Below, one piece after another: positions 1 to 12,724 of a DNA stretch of 64,000 nt (positions are counted from its first letter, which is position 1; each line of letters starts with the position of its first letter). The stretch is from Raillietiella orientalis (lineage: Eukaryota): assembly GCA_036172245.1 (NCBI GenBank), contig JAYWIR010000074.1, forward strand, positions 310,001-374,000, read 5' to 3'. Below the pieces are notes generated by a model. That model was not told where the DNA came from. It ran no database searches and saw only the letters and a list, made by a program, of their open reading frames with translations. The translations under genes were made by a program, and so were the position numbers.

Positions 1-3000
1 CAAGCGCGACTGGCTGTCGGAGGCAGGCGCGCGCACGGCGCACCTGATAGCCGGCGATTTTAATATTCGCCTGCTATCAGGTGCGGCGAGGACAGAGGCC
101 ACCCCGGTTAACGAGATGTGCGCTGCGGTGCACGCATCCAACTTGTTAGCCGGGGATACCGGGATGGAACGGAGCGTGGACCACGTCTTCCTCGACGATC
201 ACCTGCGCTGTCGCGTGTAAAGGCGAGGTAAGATACAGTCCGCAGTCTCCGACCACTCCCGTGTGGAACTCGTCATTCGCCCGCGCGACAGGGGGCCCCC
301 CGCGCAGGCGTGGCGTCTACCGGGGGACTGGCTGACCAAGCCAGGCGCAGCGGAACACCTCCGCGCGTTCTTGCGAGGTTTCAGCCTGCAGACGCTCGAC
401 GACTGGGACGATTTGAAAGTCTCGGTGCGAGAGTTCTGCCAACAGTTTACCATGGACCGTCTCCCGAAAGGATTTGGAGAAGGTGTTCGGAACGATAGGG
501 CCTACCTGCAGGCCCGTCGTTACTCCCGAACACCAGACGTCCGAAGACTGGCGCAATTTAAAGCCGGGGCCGAGCGGCAGGCCTGGCAATCGGGGTCGCC
601 CAGCCTGCTGGACGACGAAGGCCAAGAGCACTCGGCCCCGGCAGAGGTGAGTAGCCTAGTGCACGGCTATTATTCTTCCTTGTACACCAGGGTGCCTCCG
701 GACCGGGAATTTTCCCAATTTTTGCTTCCGGACGGTGTTCCGGCGATCGGGGAAGAAGAGAGAGTACGCCTGGACGAGCCTTTCACGATGGGTGAAATCA
801 TCACCCCAATAGGGAAGCTCAAAAGGCGGAAGTCACCGTGGGAAGACGGCCTGCCCGCGGAGTTTTTTCAGTGCTTCGCGGCGGAGCTGGCTCCCCTGGT
901 GCAGCGGCTAACGCTGCTGATCCGGGAGACAGGAGACGTTCCCGCCTCCTTCCGATCGGCACGTATGCGTCTCCTACCGAAAGGAGGAGACTTACGGAAC
1001 CTCAACAATTGGCGTCCGATTACCGTACTGAACGCGGACGCCAAGCTGGTTGCGAAGCTATGGTCGGAGCGAATGGGGCGGGTGGCGGAAAGCTTCATCA
1101 GCCCGGAGCAGACCTACGCTGTTCCCGGGCGAAGCATGGACGCCAACCTGCTCTTCGCGAACACCTGGTTCGAACTTCAAAGAACCAGAATGAATGGAGG
1201 GAACAAGGTCGGCAGCCCGATTTGCAGGACGTCCGCTGGTGGTTCGCGGGATAGTAGGGAGAGAGAAGGGGCCCTCGCGGTCGCTGTCGATTTGCGGAAA
1301 GCATTCGACAGTGTCGACCAGGAGCTCCTGCTGGAGCTTCTGAAGCGCTTGGGCTTCCCGGCATCCTTATTGGCCTTTTTGCGCTCTTGCTGGCACGACG
1401 CGCTGACCAACATTTCTTTCAGGGGAAGGAACGTGTTCGGTGTGCCGGTGCGCCGCGGGATACGGCAGGGTGATAGCTTGAGCCCCTTGCTCTTCAGCAC
1501 CTACTTCGAGTTGGTGCTGATGGCATTCAGGGAGACTCTTGGTCGCCTGCCGCGCGTGTGCCCAGGTACACCGGCCTTGGCGGCGTATGCGGACGATCTT
1601 CTGCTGCTGCTCCCCATGTCCACCTGGGCGTCGGCAATCGAAAACTTTTTCGAGCTGCTGCGTCGCGGGACAGGACTGGAGGTGAACAGAGGAAAGTCGT
1701 CCGTTGTTGCAGTCGGTTCCTCGTGGGCAGAGCAGCTAGACTGGTCTTGCTTGGGGATCCGCACGGTACGGTACCTTAAGTACCTCGGTGTGCCGTTGGG
1801 GGACTACTCCCAACGGAACAATGGTCTTCCTGCCTCCAAAAGGCCGAGAGAGCGATCGGCCCGTTCCTGGATGGCAAGTTTTTCTTGCCGGAACGTGCCG
1901 TGCTGTGGAACACTTTCGTGGCCCCCCTGTTTCGCTCCTTGCTTTTTGTTTGTCTATCACCCCGTGGTGTGAGAACACGTACAAAGGACCTCCTCAGAAT
2001 CGTCATCTGGGGCAGAGGAAGGCCCCGCGCGCGTTGGAAGGACTTGTGCGCCTCTCGTCGCGATGGGGGCCTTGGCCTCCTCACGCTGGAGCGCCTCGAA
2101 GTGCAGCTGCAGTTCCGAACAATCGCCCTAGTGGCGAAGTTGTGGAGCGCCAGCTGGTGCGAGCCTGCACGATGCCTGGTTCAGCGAGTCGGCGGCTGCG
2201 CGGGACAGTCTACCTTCCTAGCGCGCCGCAAACGCCGGTACCTGTTCCACTGCGGACTGGCTCTTCGGCGAGTGGCGAAGCTGACCAGGAAGAACACCTG
2301 GATCTCCTGCCGGCCCGCGAACGGCACTTCCTGGTTGCAGGAAGGTCTTCGCACGTCAGCCCAGATCGAGGAAGCGAGCCCGGAGTTGCGGCAGCGAATG
2401 CTGCACTCCTATCATAAGAGCCGCTCTCTGCAGGACATCATCGTGCAGCTTGCCTTGAGTGCGTGGGCTGAGAGGACCTCCCTTGCCACAGCTCTGTCCC
2501 ACCTCAAGGAACATCTGGGCAGTAGCCAGCCGGCCATGTGGGAGGTCCGGTGTACGATCAGCGACACTGAGAAAGAACAAGGTGGTTGGACCACGGGTCA
2601 GCTTGCTGATGCCGCGATCCCAAGTTCCCCACCGAGAGGACTGTTGCGTTGGGGCGAGCTGCTGTGCATCCCGCGGGATGAACTCGAGTGGCCCCCAGTG
2701 CTGAGGAATACTCGGGCCCTCCCCCTAAAGTGCCAGGAGTCGGCGTTCCTGGTGTTGCACTGGGGACTCCCCAGCAACGCCCGCCGCTCTCATTGGACGA
2801 GGGGGGTTGTGGACCCAAACTGTGTCAGGTGCGGGGAACGAGAAACTCTCCCGCACCTGCTCGTTAACTGTGTTGCCCTCCGGCCCCTGTGATTGCGCTT
2901 TGCAACAGCCGATGGTGCACCCTTGCACGATCCCAGAGACGTTTCAAAGCGCCTCTTCGTGCGCGACGCCCTTTCGCCTGCCGCAGCCCTTGCAGCCCTC

Positions 3001-3185
3001 TGCTGCCTACGAGGGATTGTAGCGGCTTGGAGCACCGCCACTGGTGGACCGAACGATTGGGACATCTTGTGCTACGCCCTGCGCTTCCTGAGGACGGCAG
3101 CCAGATGGACCCATCTGGGACACATGCAGTTTGAACTTGCCGGCATCCTGCAAAGGATGTACAGGACGTCTCCAGCGGAACGTGA
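1..3185 (+). pseudogene. E1 ORF2 (APE-RT-zf), disrupted
   Basis: ORFs 263..1972, 1885..2892 and 2893..3216 are consecutive pieces; stop near 219, frameshift near 1820, stop at 2890. Confidence 0.88.
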
Positions 3186-3426
3186 TCCCTTCCCCAACCC
3201 CTCCCTGCTTTTGTAAATAGTGTTTTCTTTTTGCTTTTTTCTATTTGTCCCTTCCCCCTCCGCTGCCGATTCGACCTTGGGAGCCTGCGTGCTGCCCACT
3301 CGGCGAGTTCACAAGAACATGTTCTGAACACTGTAGGGGCGATAGCCCTACACTTGCTAGTTTATTTTTATTTTATTTTATTTTTTTATTAAAGAAATAA
3401 ACGCCCCGGCGCACCCGGTTGTAAAA
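1..3426 (+). mobile_element. E1: L1/Tx1-like non-LTR retrotransposon, 3' part (EN end, RT, C-terminal domain, 3' UTR); 5' end outside window
   Basis: GDFN/SDH, NWRPITVLNAD, DLRKAFD, QGDSLSPLLF, YADD, KYLG, CVRCGERETLPHLLVNC; 3' terminus AATAAA (3396-3401) + CCGG hairpin. Confidence 0.9.
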
Positions 3427-5110
3427 GCAGTGCCGACTGTTGCCACTTCATGGGGAGGGTGCGCGAGTCCAAGAGCACCGGGGGCCACTCCAGATGTTCC
3501 TTCGGAACATCCAGTAGCTCGCCCCAGCGCAAGAGTCCGTGTGGGCTGGTCCTCGCGGTCGCAGCGTTGGTGAGCTGACCCGTTCTCCAATCCCCGATCT
3601 TCTTTGCCCTGCGGGCGATGTTGTAGTTAACCTACCATTGTGGCGCCACGTCGCTGCCTAGAGGTTCCCTTATTGTAGGCGGTACCGCGGCAAGGAAGGT
3701 TCTTTGTGCCCACGCTCTCCTTCGGAGTTCCTCGACGATTTCTCGGAGCTTGCGATATGCGCGCAGCCCGACTATTGCTATTCGCTCGAGTTGCGCGCTC
3801 TGCTCCTAAGTCATCGCCCACGTTCGAAACGTTTCCTGCAGCTCCGGAAGACCGTTTGCGGGGCGTACGAAGATGGATCCCGCGTTGTTTTTGACGAGCT
3901 TGGCCGGCAAAGCTGGGTTCCGCAGTGGAACATCGGCCTTGGGAGTGCAAAGTAGGACGAGAGTCCCGCGTTGCCGGTGGCCTGTTCGACGAGGAGGCGT
4001 GCAGGGACGCATCAGAGGGTGCAACAGTTCTTTGCCATAAAGGTAATTATCCGGAACTGGAGCACAAGCTTCCGCCGATCCAGCGTTAGAAGGCCCAAAC
4101 CACCATCAAGACGCGAAGCGCACAAGTCCGCGAGACGGACTCGGGGTCTCCCTCTGCCCCAAAGGGCTATCCTCAGGAGGAACTTCGTCCTTTTCCCTGA
4201 CTTCGCTGAGGGGGGGCAAACAAAAGCAAGGGGCGAAGGAGGGGTGCTGCGAACGCGTTCCACGCCGCAGCTTGTTCCTGCAGGTAGAAACTGCCGTCCT
4301 GGAACGGACCGATCGCCGCCTGAGCCTTCTGAAGACAGCCGGACCACGCTTCCGCAGTGGAGTAGTCCCCCAACGGCACACCAAGGTACTTGAAGTACCT
4401 CACCATGAAGATCCCCAAACGGACCCATTCCTGCTGCCCTGCCCACGCCGCTCCGACTGGCATTACGGACGACTTTGCCCTGTTCACCATAAGTCCGGTT
4501 CCCCGATGCAGCAGGTCGAAGAACTTCTCGACCGCCGAAGCCGGGGCTGACATAGGGAGCAGTAGCAGAAGATCGTCCGCGTATGCCCAAACCGCAGGCG
4601 TACCGGGACAATCGCGCGGCAGGTGCGCCAGAGTCTCCCTGTACGCTCTCAGCACCAGTTCGGAAAAGGCGCTAAAGAGCAGGGGGCTCAGCCTCTCTCC
4701 CTGCCGTAAACCGCGTCGCACCTGTAAGCCGTGCACAGTCTGCCCGCTTAAAAAGACATTAATTAGCGCGTCGCGCCAACTGGAGCGCAGGTAGGTCAAC
4801 AAAGAGACCGGGAAGCCCAAGCGTTACAGAAGATTCATCAGTAGATTCTTTTCGACGCTGTCGAAGGCTTTACGCAAGTCTAGAGCGTCCGAAAGGGCTC
4901 CCTTCTCCACCCGACCGTGTCGCCTTTCACCAACGTACGCACCGGAATTCCGGCTGCTCAATAAGCCTTTTCCTTCTTAGAGCTTTAACCATGTGAAAGC
5001 GTGGAATAGGTTCGCCTCCATGCTTCGCCCGGGAACAGCATATGTTTTTTCCGGGCTGATGAAGATGTTTGCAACCCGTCCCAAACGCTCCACCCACAGC
5101 TTGGCTATCG
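3427..5110 (-). mobile_element. E2: degenerate ORF2 fragment (RT to pre-zinc-finger region), bounded by insertions E1 and E3
   Basis: ORF 4173..4820 (QGERLSPLLF, YADD, KYLG); the minus strand near 3427-3470 reads LPMKWQQSAL. Confidence 0.8.
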
Positions 5111-5111
5111 A

Positions 5112-7921
5112 CTTGGGGTGCAAACGTGTTGCTTACGCGCTCCTTTGCGCCTGTTGTAAAGCTTTCCTTTTCATTAGTGTTTGTGTGTGGTGCATCTGCG
5201 CTGTCCAATGGCACAAATGCCTGAGGACACCGCGATGGATGTCGGCAGGGAGAGGATTGTTCCTCTCCCCGACCCCATTGAGGTGAGGGCAACTGCCCCC
5301 ACGGAGGAGAAGGCAACCGCTACCTTGAAAAAGGGGGCAACCGCCTCTCCGGAAACGAAAAATACCGCCACTTCAAAAAAGTGTGCAACCGCCTTCGTGC
5401 AAGAGGCCGCAACCGCCCCTCCAAAAGTGGACAACCGCGGTCTTGGAAAAAAGCGCAAACGTCTCCTTGAAAAAGGGGACAACCGCCGCCTTGGAAAAGG
5501 GCGCAACTGCAATCTTGAAAAAGGGGTCAAACGCGTCTTCGGATCCGTTTGCTCCATCCACGAAGACCTGAAGCTCCGTGGCTGCAGCGCCATCTACTTC
5601 AGCCTTAGCAGAACAGCGCGCCTAACTTGAACAAGGATACAAGCCGTCCTTGATTTACAAGGTAGATAATCTGTTTGTGGGGAATACCACCCGCAACTTC
5701 GAGAGGGAGTTGCAGCGGCTAGATGTAAAAGAGGAGGACCTGGAAGGTCTTTCAGTGCTCAGGGGGGTTCAGCGGATGCAGCTAACTTTCAAAGATGCAA
5801 GCTTGGCTTAGCGCCTGCTAAATACCCCCTTTAAGCTGGAAGGCAGAAGGGTCTTCCCGATAACCGAGGTTCGCTCTGTGGTAGCGCATCTTACGGGAGT
5901 AACCCTCCGAATGTCCAAAAGCGGCGCAAAGGACAAATTGAGTAAATTCGGAACGGTACACGCGGTATGAACCAAGCCGAACGTCTTCCAATGTTACGGA
6001 AGATTGTTCAGTGGCATGGCCGCAGCGCGTGTGACCGTCAAGAAACACGGTAGGCTGCCCCACATACTAGACGTCGGCAACGAGGTGATCGACGTCTGGT
6101 ACGTGGGTAAGCCCAAGTACTGTGGGCACTGTGATGCAACAGGGCACCTGAAAAAACGGTGCCCTCACATCCAGTGTTTCCACTGCGGAGAGAAGGGCCA
6201 CCTCCGGAAAGTGTGCTTGAAGCGGGAGCCTCCAGCTCCTTCTGCCTTGAAAAAAGTTAAAGGGAAACGCATTGAGAAAACAAACAAGCCCACAGAAGCA
6301 AAGAAAAGGCCAAGCAAAAAGCCAGAGTTCGAATGCTCCCAGCAAACGGCGTTCGAGAAAACTCCTGACGACGCTGGTGACAACGAGGACTCGAGGAGAG
6401 CGAAGCGGAAAAGTAAAAAAAGCCGAACCACCGAAGAACCGACAGCGAAACCCTCGAAAACTTCTTTAAATAGAAGGCAACGCCACGGTTTGCTCCGCGA
6501 ATGTTCGGTCGCTTTGGAGCGAGTGGAGATCCCCGAGACCTCCACTGGGTGAGATATCCCCCGCCTCGTTGACGCCGAAGCCGTGATCGCGGAAGGCGAA
6601 CCCTCTGTGCAAACAGAGGGGGAGCCGAGAGACGCGCTCGCCGCAATCCAGGAAGCCGCCTTCCAACAGGCGGCGGAAGAGCTTGCTGCCGAGCTCGCGG
6701 ACCGTGAGAACGGAAGGCGAAAGGCCTTTCGATGGCCGGACGCGACCAGGGCACTCCCGACTGGTACCACAACCCCGGTGCCGGAAGTGCGTGCTCCTTC
6801 GCCGAGGCACCTCCGAAGAAGACTGGACGGAGGTCGTAGAATCCGAAGAGGCGCATCCCGACAAAGAAGGAGGGGGACGCACCGGCAGCCGAGGGGAAAG
6901 CCGGTATCGTGGGAAAGGAGAAATGGGTCTTCCCAGCCTCCGCTACCGAGCACCTGGAGACCAGCTTGGAGGAGGGGGAGAAGACTAGTGATTGCCCCCC
7001 CCTTCCAAACGATGGGACCTGCTAAGGAGATAACCAAGGAGCAGGAGGAGCAGACGGTTAACAACCGCTGCCCCCTGCCGTCCAGCGCTGCCGACGAATC
7101 GGCCCCCATCGAGGAGAGAGAACCGGTGCGCAGTCATCCCATTCCTCCACCCTTCCCGCGCAAACAGGTGACGGGAGCTCCATTGCAACTTTTCCAGGGA
7201 AAACACCTAGGCTCACCTGTCGCCGTCGAGTACGCGTGGCGCGTTGGTACGTGAACGGGCTGTGCGACGACTGCAACAGACGGGACACGGCCGCCACCCC
7301 GCGTGACTTCGAGCTGGCGCTCCTGCAGGAGATCCACGTGATTACCGCGGAGAACGCCCAGGAGATCGAGAGGATCCCAGGGAGTCGTCTGTTTTATAGA
7401 TACGGCGCTGGGAACACCAGTGGCGTCGCCTTTTTAATAAAACCAGCGCGACTGGCTTGCGGATAGAAAGGTACGCAAAGTGCATCTGATCGGTGGGGAT
7501 TTCAACATCCGCCTGCTCTCAGGTGTGCCTTGCGGGCAAAAAGATGCAGCCAACGAGCTGTGCGCTGCTATGCGCACGCGCAACTTGTTGGGGGACCTAC
7601 CGGAAATGGTCCAAAGCGTAGACCACGTCTTCCTTGACGACGACCTGTGCCCACGGGTCGGCAGACGAGGAAAACTTCCGTCGACGATATCGGACCATTT
7701 CCGGATGAAAGTAGAGGTTATGCCTCGCGACAAAGGATCACCATTCAGGGCGTGCCGTCTGCCGGGGGACTAGACGCGCATCTCAGATGCGGCGGAACAT
7801 CTCCGCCAAGTACTGGGTGGAGTCATCCTCCAAAATCTTCAAGACTGGGACCGCATGAAGGCCTCAATCTGCGAGTCCTGCGAGGAGTTCCCTGTAGACC
7901 GCTTGCCCCGGGGATTTCGTG
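5112..7921 (+). mobile_element. E3: 5' part of element (5' UTR, disrupted ORF1 from ATG 5208, partially deleted EN), interrupted by E4
   Basis: CGHCDATGHLKKRC/CFHCGEKGHLRKVC knuckles in ORF 6004..6552; YVNG, LQEIH, GDFN, SDH at 7240-7700. Confidence 0.85.
5289..5535 (+). repeat. 24-bp (8-aa) degenerate tandem repeat, about 10 units, in the E3 ORF1 N-terminus
   Basis: Units such as GCAACCGCTACCTTGAAAAAGGGG, GCAACCGCCTCTCCGGAAACGAAA, ACAACCGCCGCCTTGGAAAAGGGC. Confidence 0.8.
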
Positions 7922-10021
7922 TTGCCACCCGAGTACGCCCAGGGCGTTTATTGACACCCTACAAAAACGTGGAAGGAGGCCCTACTAACGGCCGCACAAC
8001 AACGGACCTGCCGAGACGCCGGGACGCAGCCCGGCGTGACGCTCCTCGGCAGTGGAGGGAAGTTTGGGAGAAAACAAAAAAAAATGAAATAAAGAAAAAC
8101 AAAAGGAGTTTGGAGGGAGGGAAAGGGATCACTATCCACTAGGAGAACGACCCCTTCTCCAGAGGATGCCCTCTAGGTCCTTCTGCCTTTGTTTCAGATG
8201 GGGCCATCTCGCAGCTCTTCGCATGAAGCTCACAGCTTTCGGGATGAATTCCCACTCGTTAACATCCACTTCTTCGTCGCAAATGTCGCTCCAGGCCGTT
8301 TCGATGCCCCGGATGCAGCAGAGATCTGCGAGGGCTACGGAGGGCTGCAGGGCGTTCCGCACGAAGAGGGGCCCAAAAACGTCTCTGGGCGCGCTGCCCA
8401 TTGGGTGCCCGAGGGTCCTGCCGAACTGTTCCCACAGGGGTCGGACAGCAGCAAAGTCGACTAGAAGTTGGGGGAGCGATTCCCGCTCTCCACACCTGGC
8501 ACACTCAGGGCTTACACTTCCTCGCGTTCAGTGGAAGCGGCGCGCGTTGCAGGGTAAACTTCAGTGCAACAGCAGCAGTGCGGACTCTTGCCACTTTAGC
8601 GGGAGAAGCCTGGATCCGATTAATACTGGGGGCCACTTGAGGTCATCCGTTGGGATGCCAAGCAGCTTGTTCTATCTAACAATTCCATGCGAAAGGGCAC
8701 TCGGGGTCGTGGCATCTGCCAGTTCGTTTATGTTCCAACCGCTCAGTTTCTTTTTCCCTGCCTGCGATCCGGCAGGAGACGTGCCACTTCGGCGTGCGGC
8801 CGCTGATTAGAGCCCTTCGTAGGTAGGGCAGCGTGAAAGCCAAAGGGGTGTTCTCTGCCCACGTGCTCCTGGCGGGACACTCCAGAGTGGTCCGTAGGGT
8901 GCAGCAGGCGTTGGAGCCGAGTCGCAGGCGGTTCCAGACACGTTAGTCTGGAGGTTTAGCCTGGCCCACGTCCCAACGGATTCCACAAGCCAAGCGGAGG
9001 AGTTGGCGAAGCTACATACCGTCCAACCGTTCTCTCACCAGGGATTCCATGCGCCTAAGGAGAAGGCTGCATCTCCTAACCTTCCGACCGGGGCACAGAA
9101 GGAAAGAAGCGAGTCCTAGCGTCCTCGATACACGGCTGTCGAGAATGCGAACCGGGACGTACCAGAGGGTGTTCCACGTCTTTGCTGCGATGGCTAGGGT
9201 GTGCCATCGCAGCTGTATGTCCATGCGCTCCAACGTCAGGAGGCCAAGACCACCGTCCCGACAAGGAGCGCATGTGTCCTTAAGAGGTGCACGAGGCCTC
9301 TTACTGCATCAGAGGGTGATGCGGAGAAGGGCTTCAGTCCTCTTCTTCAGGTCACGGAGGATGGAGCACACAAAAAGCAGGAGGCGGAAGATGGGAGCCG
9401 GGAACTCGTTACACACCGCGGCCCGTTCCGGCAGAAGGAACTTGCCTTCCAGGAACAGACCGATGGCAAACTCTACCTTTTGGAGACGACCTGACCAGGC
9501 ATCTGCGAGGCAGAATTCCCCCAACGGGACACCCAGGTATTTCAGGTACCTGACCGTGGAGATTCTCATGCGGATGCAGTCAGGCCGTCCATGCCACGTC
9601 GCAACGAACGGTACCACCGACGACTTCGCCTTGTTAACCTGCAATCCAGTCCCACGGCTCAGCAGATCCAAGAAATTCTCGACTGCGACTGCCGAGGCGG
9701 ACATGGGCAACATCAGCAGAAGATCGTCGGCGTACGCAGCTACTACAGGCGTGCCTGGGCACGAGCTAGGCAAGGCAGCCAAAGACACCCTTTACGCTCT
9801 CAGCACCATCTCAAGGTAGGTGCTGAAGAGCAGGGGAATCAGACTCTCGCCCTGCCGTATGCCCCGCGCCACCGGAAGGCCGTACGTTTTCCGCTGAAAG
9901 AGACCTTGATTAACGCATTCCGCCAGCAAGAGCGGAGGTAGGAGAAAAGAGAGGGTGGGAAGCCCATGAGACCCAGAAGCTCCTACAGTAGCTCCTTGTC
10001 CACGCAGTCGAACGCCTTCCG
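7922..10021 (-). mobile_element. E4: 3' part of element (3' UTR, C-terminal domain, RT up to KAFD), interrupted by E5
   Basis: 3' terminal motif at 7922-7952; ORF 9309..9788 with YADD and KYLG; ends at RKAFDCVDKELL. Confidence 0.85.
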
Positions 10022-12724
10022 TGCTCCAGGGAGGCCTTGTTTTCTCGTTGCTCCTCGTGCCAGGGAGTCTCTTCAAGTGCAAGCGTTGTGTGGTTCGGTG
10101 GTCGATCAGGCAGCGATGCCCAACGCGACCACCATTGTTGACCAGGGGGAGCGGCAAAGCCGCCCTTCGAGGCGATGGAGAGCCAGGGGGCGACGGCAAC
10201 GTCGCCCCCAGAAGCGATAGGGGTGGCGGCGTCCGCCCTCACAGAATCAATCACCGCTGCAGCGCTGGCGTGGAGCGCCGCTGTGTCGGTGCCATCGCCT
10301 GCAGCCGCGGCGGAATTGTAGGCCTAGGTAGAGGAGGGGTACAACCCCTCATTGTTCTACAGGGTAGGAACCTTTATTCTCTAGAGAGCGCACGCGTCTT
10401 TTCGAGGGGCGTGCGCGCTCTCGATGTGAAAGGAGGAGCTTAGCGCTATGAACATCCGCAGCGGGGGTCAGTACGTTGAGGTCATCGCAAACATGCAGAG
10501 CTCACCCAACGACTGCTTAAAACCCCCGTTCTGATGGGGACGCGCAAGCTCCTCCCTATTACGGCGGAATGCAGTATGATGGTCCACCTGTAAGGTGTTA
10601 CCGCGCGGATGCGTAAAGAACAGGTTCGCGCCGCTCTAGAACAACTTGAAACGGTGCGCGCGCAGTGGACGAAAGATAGTCCTTTCGAGGACTACACGGG
10701 GCTGCAACACGGCCTCACGGCTGCACGCGTGACCGTTCGGGAGAACTGCACTCTTCCCCACAAAATGGTGGTCGAAGGCGACACAGTCGACCTCTGGTAT
10801 GTGGGGTAGCCGAAATACTGTAGCTTCTGCAATACGTCGGGCCACCTCGAAAAGAGGTGTCTAAACGTGCAGTGCCAAGCATGCGTCACAATGAGTCACA
10901 CGAGGGATGTGTGCCCAAAAGCAGCAATGCGGCTGGTTTCCAAGAGAGACCTTGAAAAACGCGCACGGCTTCTGCAGAAAAGCCTGGCGGCGAAAGCTTC
11001 CTCGAAGGCTGTGCCACCCGCGCCCAAGACCCAGGGTTCAACCGAGACCCCGGCAAGCAACGCCGAAAAAGTTGAGGGAGCCGGCCAGGAGAACGTGTGG
11101 CAAGTGGCAACGGCCGAAAAATCAAACAAGGAGAAGAGGATGGGAAAAAAAATCGCCAACCAACAGAAGAAACAAGAGCAGGGTAGCGCGATATTTAAAG
11201 AGTGCAGCATCGTCGCCGAACGCTTTCTCGATGTTGCCGAACGCTGCAAGAAAGAACTTGCCGCTACCGACGACAACCCATCTGTTAACTCTGTCAACAG
11301 CGAGGGGAGCAAGCCGGCGGCGGCGACCGTCATCGACACCACCATCGATGACGTAGCCTCCGCGCGGGCCGGCTGAAAGCGACTGTCTGTGCGGAAAGCG
11401 AGGAGGCGGCGCGTAAAACCGACGCGACTTTCGCGCAGGTCGCGGAAGATCTTGCAGCCATGTAACGGCAGCCTGCCAAGGCCGAGAAAAAGGCCTTGAG
11501 ACGACCGGCAAAGCTGAAGGGCCCACGAAAATTTTTAGTCCGAAACCGAAGCCGGTTGTTCTACTTCCGCAGCAGCGCCGAAGAGGAAGGCTGGCAAGAA
11601 GACCGGTTGCCCGAGACGGGTCGCCCCTCCGCAGGTGGAGGAGACCATGTCCTCGGGCACGGAGGAGGAGGAAATGTGCGTTGCGCCACGCGACCCCTCT
11701 TTGATCCGTGTCTCGGAAGCCAGCCCCATGGAAGTCGCTGTGGACGACGTGCTCCCGTGTGAGCAGCCGACCGTCGCTACGGCCGCCAACAAGCCGCCTC
11801 CCGCAACGAAGGAGGCCTCCACCACCCCACAATTAACGCACCAATGCGTGGGCTCGCCTCCTGCCGCCGCTTGCGCATCACCTGTTGGAACGTCAACGGG
11901 TTGCGCGACGACGGTAAGAGGCGAGACGTAGCCGCCATACTGCGAGACTTCGACCTGGTGCTCCTGCAAGAGACGCACGTTCTCAAAGCAGAAGAAGTCC
12001 AGTTAATGGAAAGAATCGCGGAAAGGCGGCTTCTGTGGTGGAACGGAAACGACCGCTTTGGCTGAGTGGCCTTTATGCTTAAGCCAGCCGTCGACAACGC
12101 ATTGCGCAGCGTGAGGTTCGACGAGGAAGGTCGAGTTGGGCAGCTTACGTTCAAGTGGTCCGACTCGATCGATTTCGTGGTGACGAACCTGTACGCTCCG
12201 GTGAGCATCCACAGGGCCGAGGAACGCACTGCGTTCTTCGAATCCCTGCGGCGAGACTGGTTGGCTGAAGCAAGCGTACGGCGGGCGCACCTCATCGCGG
12301 GCGACTTCAATCTCCACCTGCTGGCAGGTGCGCCCAGCAGTCAAGCACAACTGGTCAACGAGTTGTGCGCAGCAATGAATGCGCGCAACTTGTTGGCCGG
12401 TGATGCCGGGAGAGATCGGAACATCGATCACATGTTTCTCGACAACCACCTGTGCACGCTGGTGGGAACTCGAGGAACGCTCCCGGCACAGCTGTCCGAC
12501 CATCCACGGCTCGTGCTCGAAACATCCACGCGACAAGGGCCCTCCCCTGAAAACGTGGCGCCTGCCGGGGGACTGGTTGCGCCTCGCAGGAGCGGCGGAA
12601 CATCCGCGCGCCTTCCTGCGAGGATTCCATCTTGAGACGCTCGCGGACTGGGACGAAATGAAGTGCTAAGCCCGCGAATCTTGCGACCAGTTTCCCCTGG
12701 AACGTTTTCCGCCGAGCTTCGGCG
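10022..12724 (+). mobile_element. E5: 5' part of a KAFD-targeting element (disrupted ORF1 about 10116-11843; EN from ATG 11844), interrupted by E6
   Basis: Degenerate knuckles at 10815-10915; MRGLASCRRLRITCWNVNG, LQETH, NLYAP, GDFN, IDH, SDH. Confidence 0.85.

Noticed and set aside
5289..5535. CRISPR-like array
   Set aside because: Contiguous degenerate coding repeats with no spacers and no cas genes
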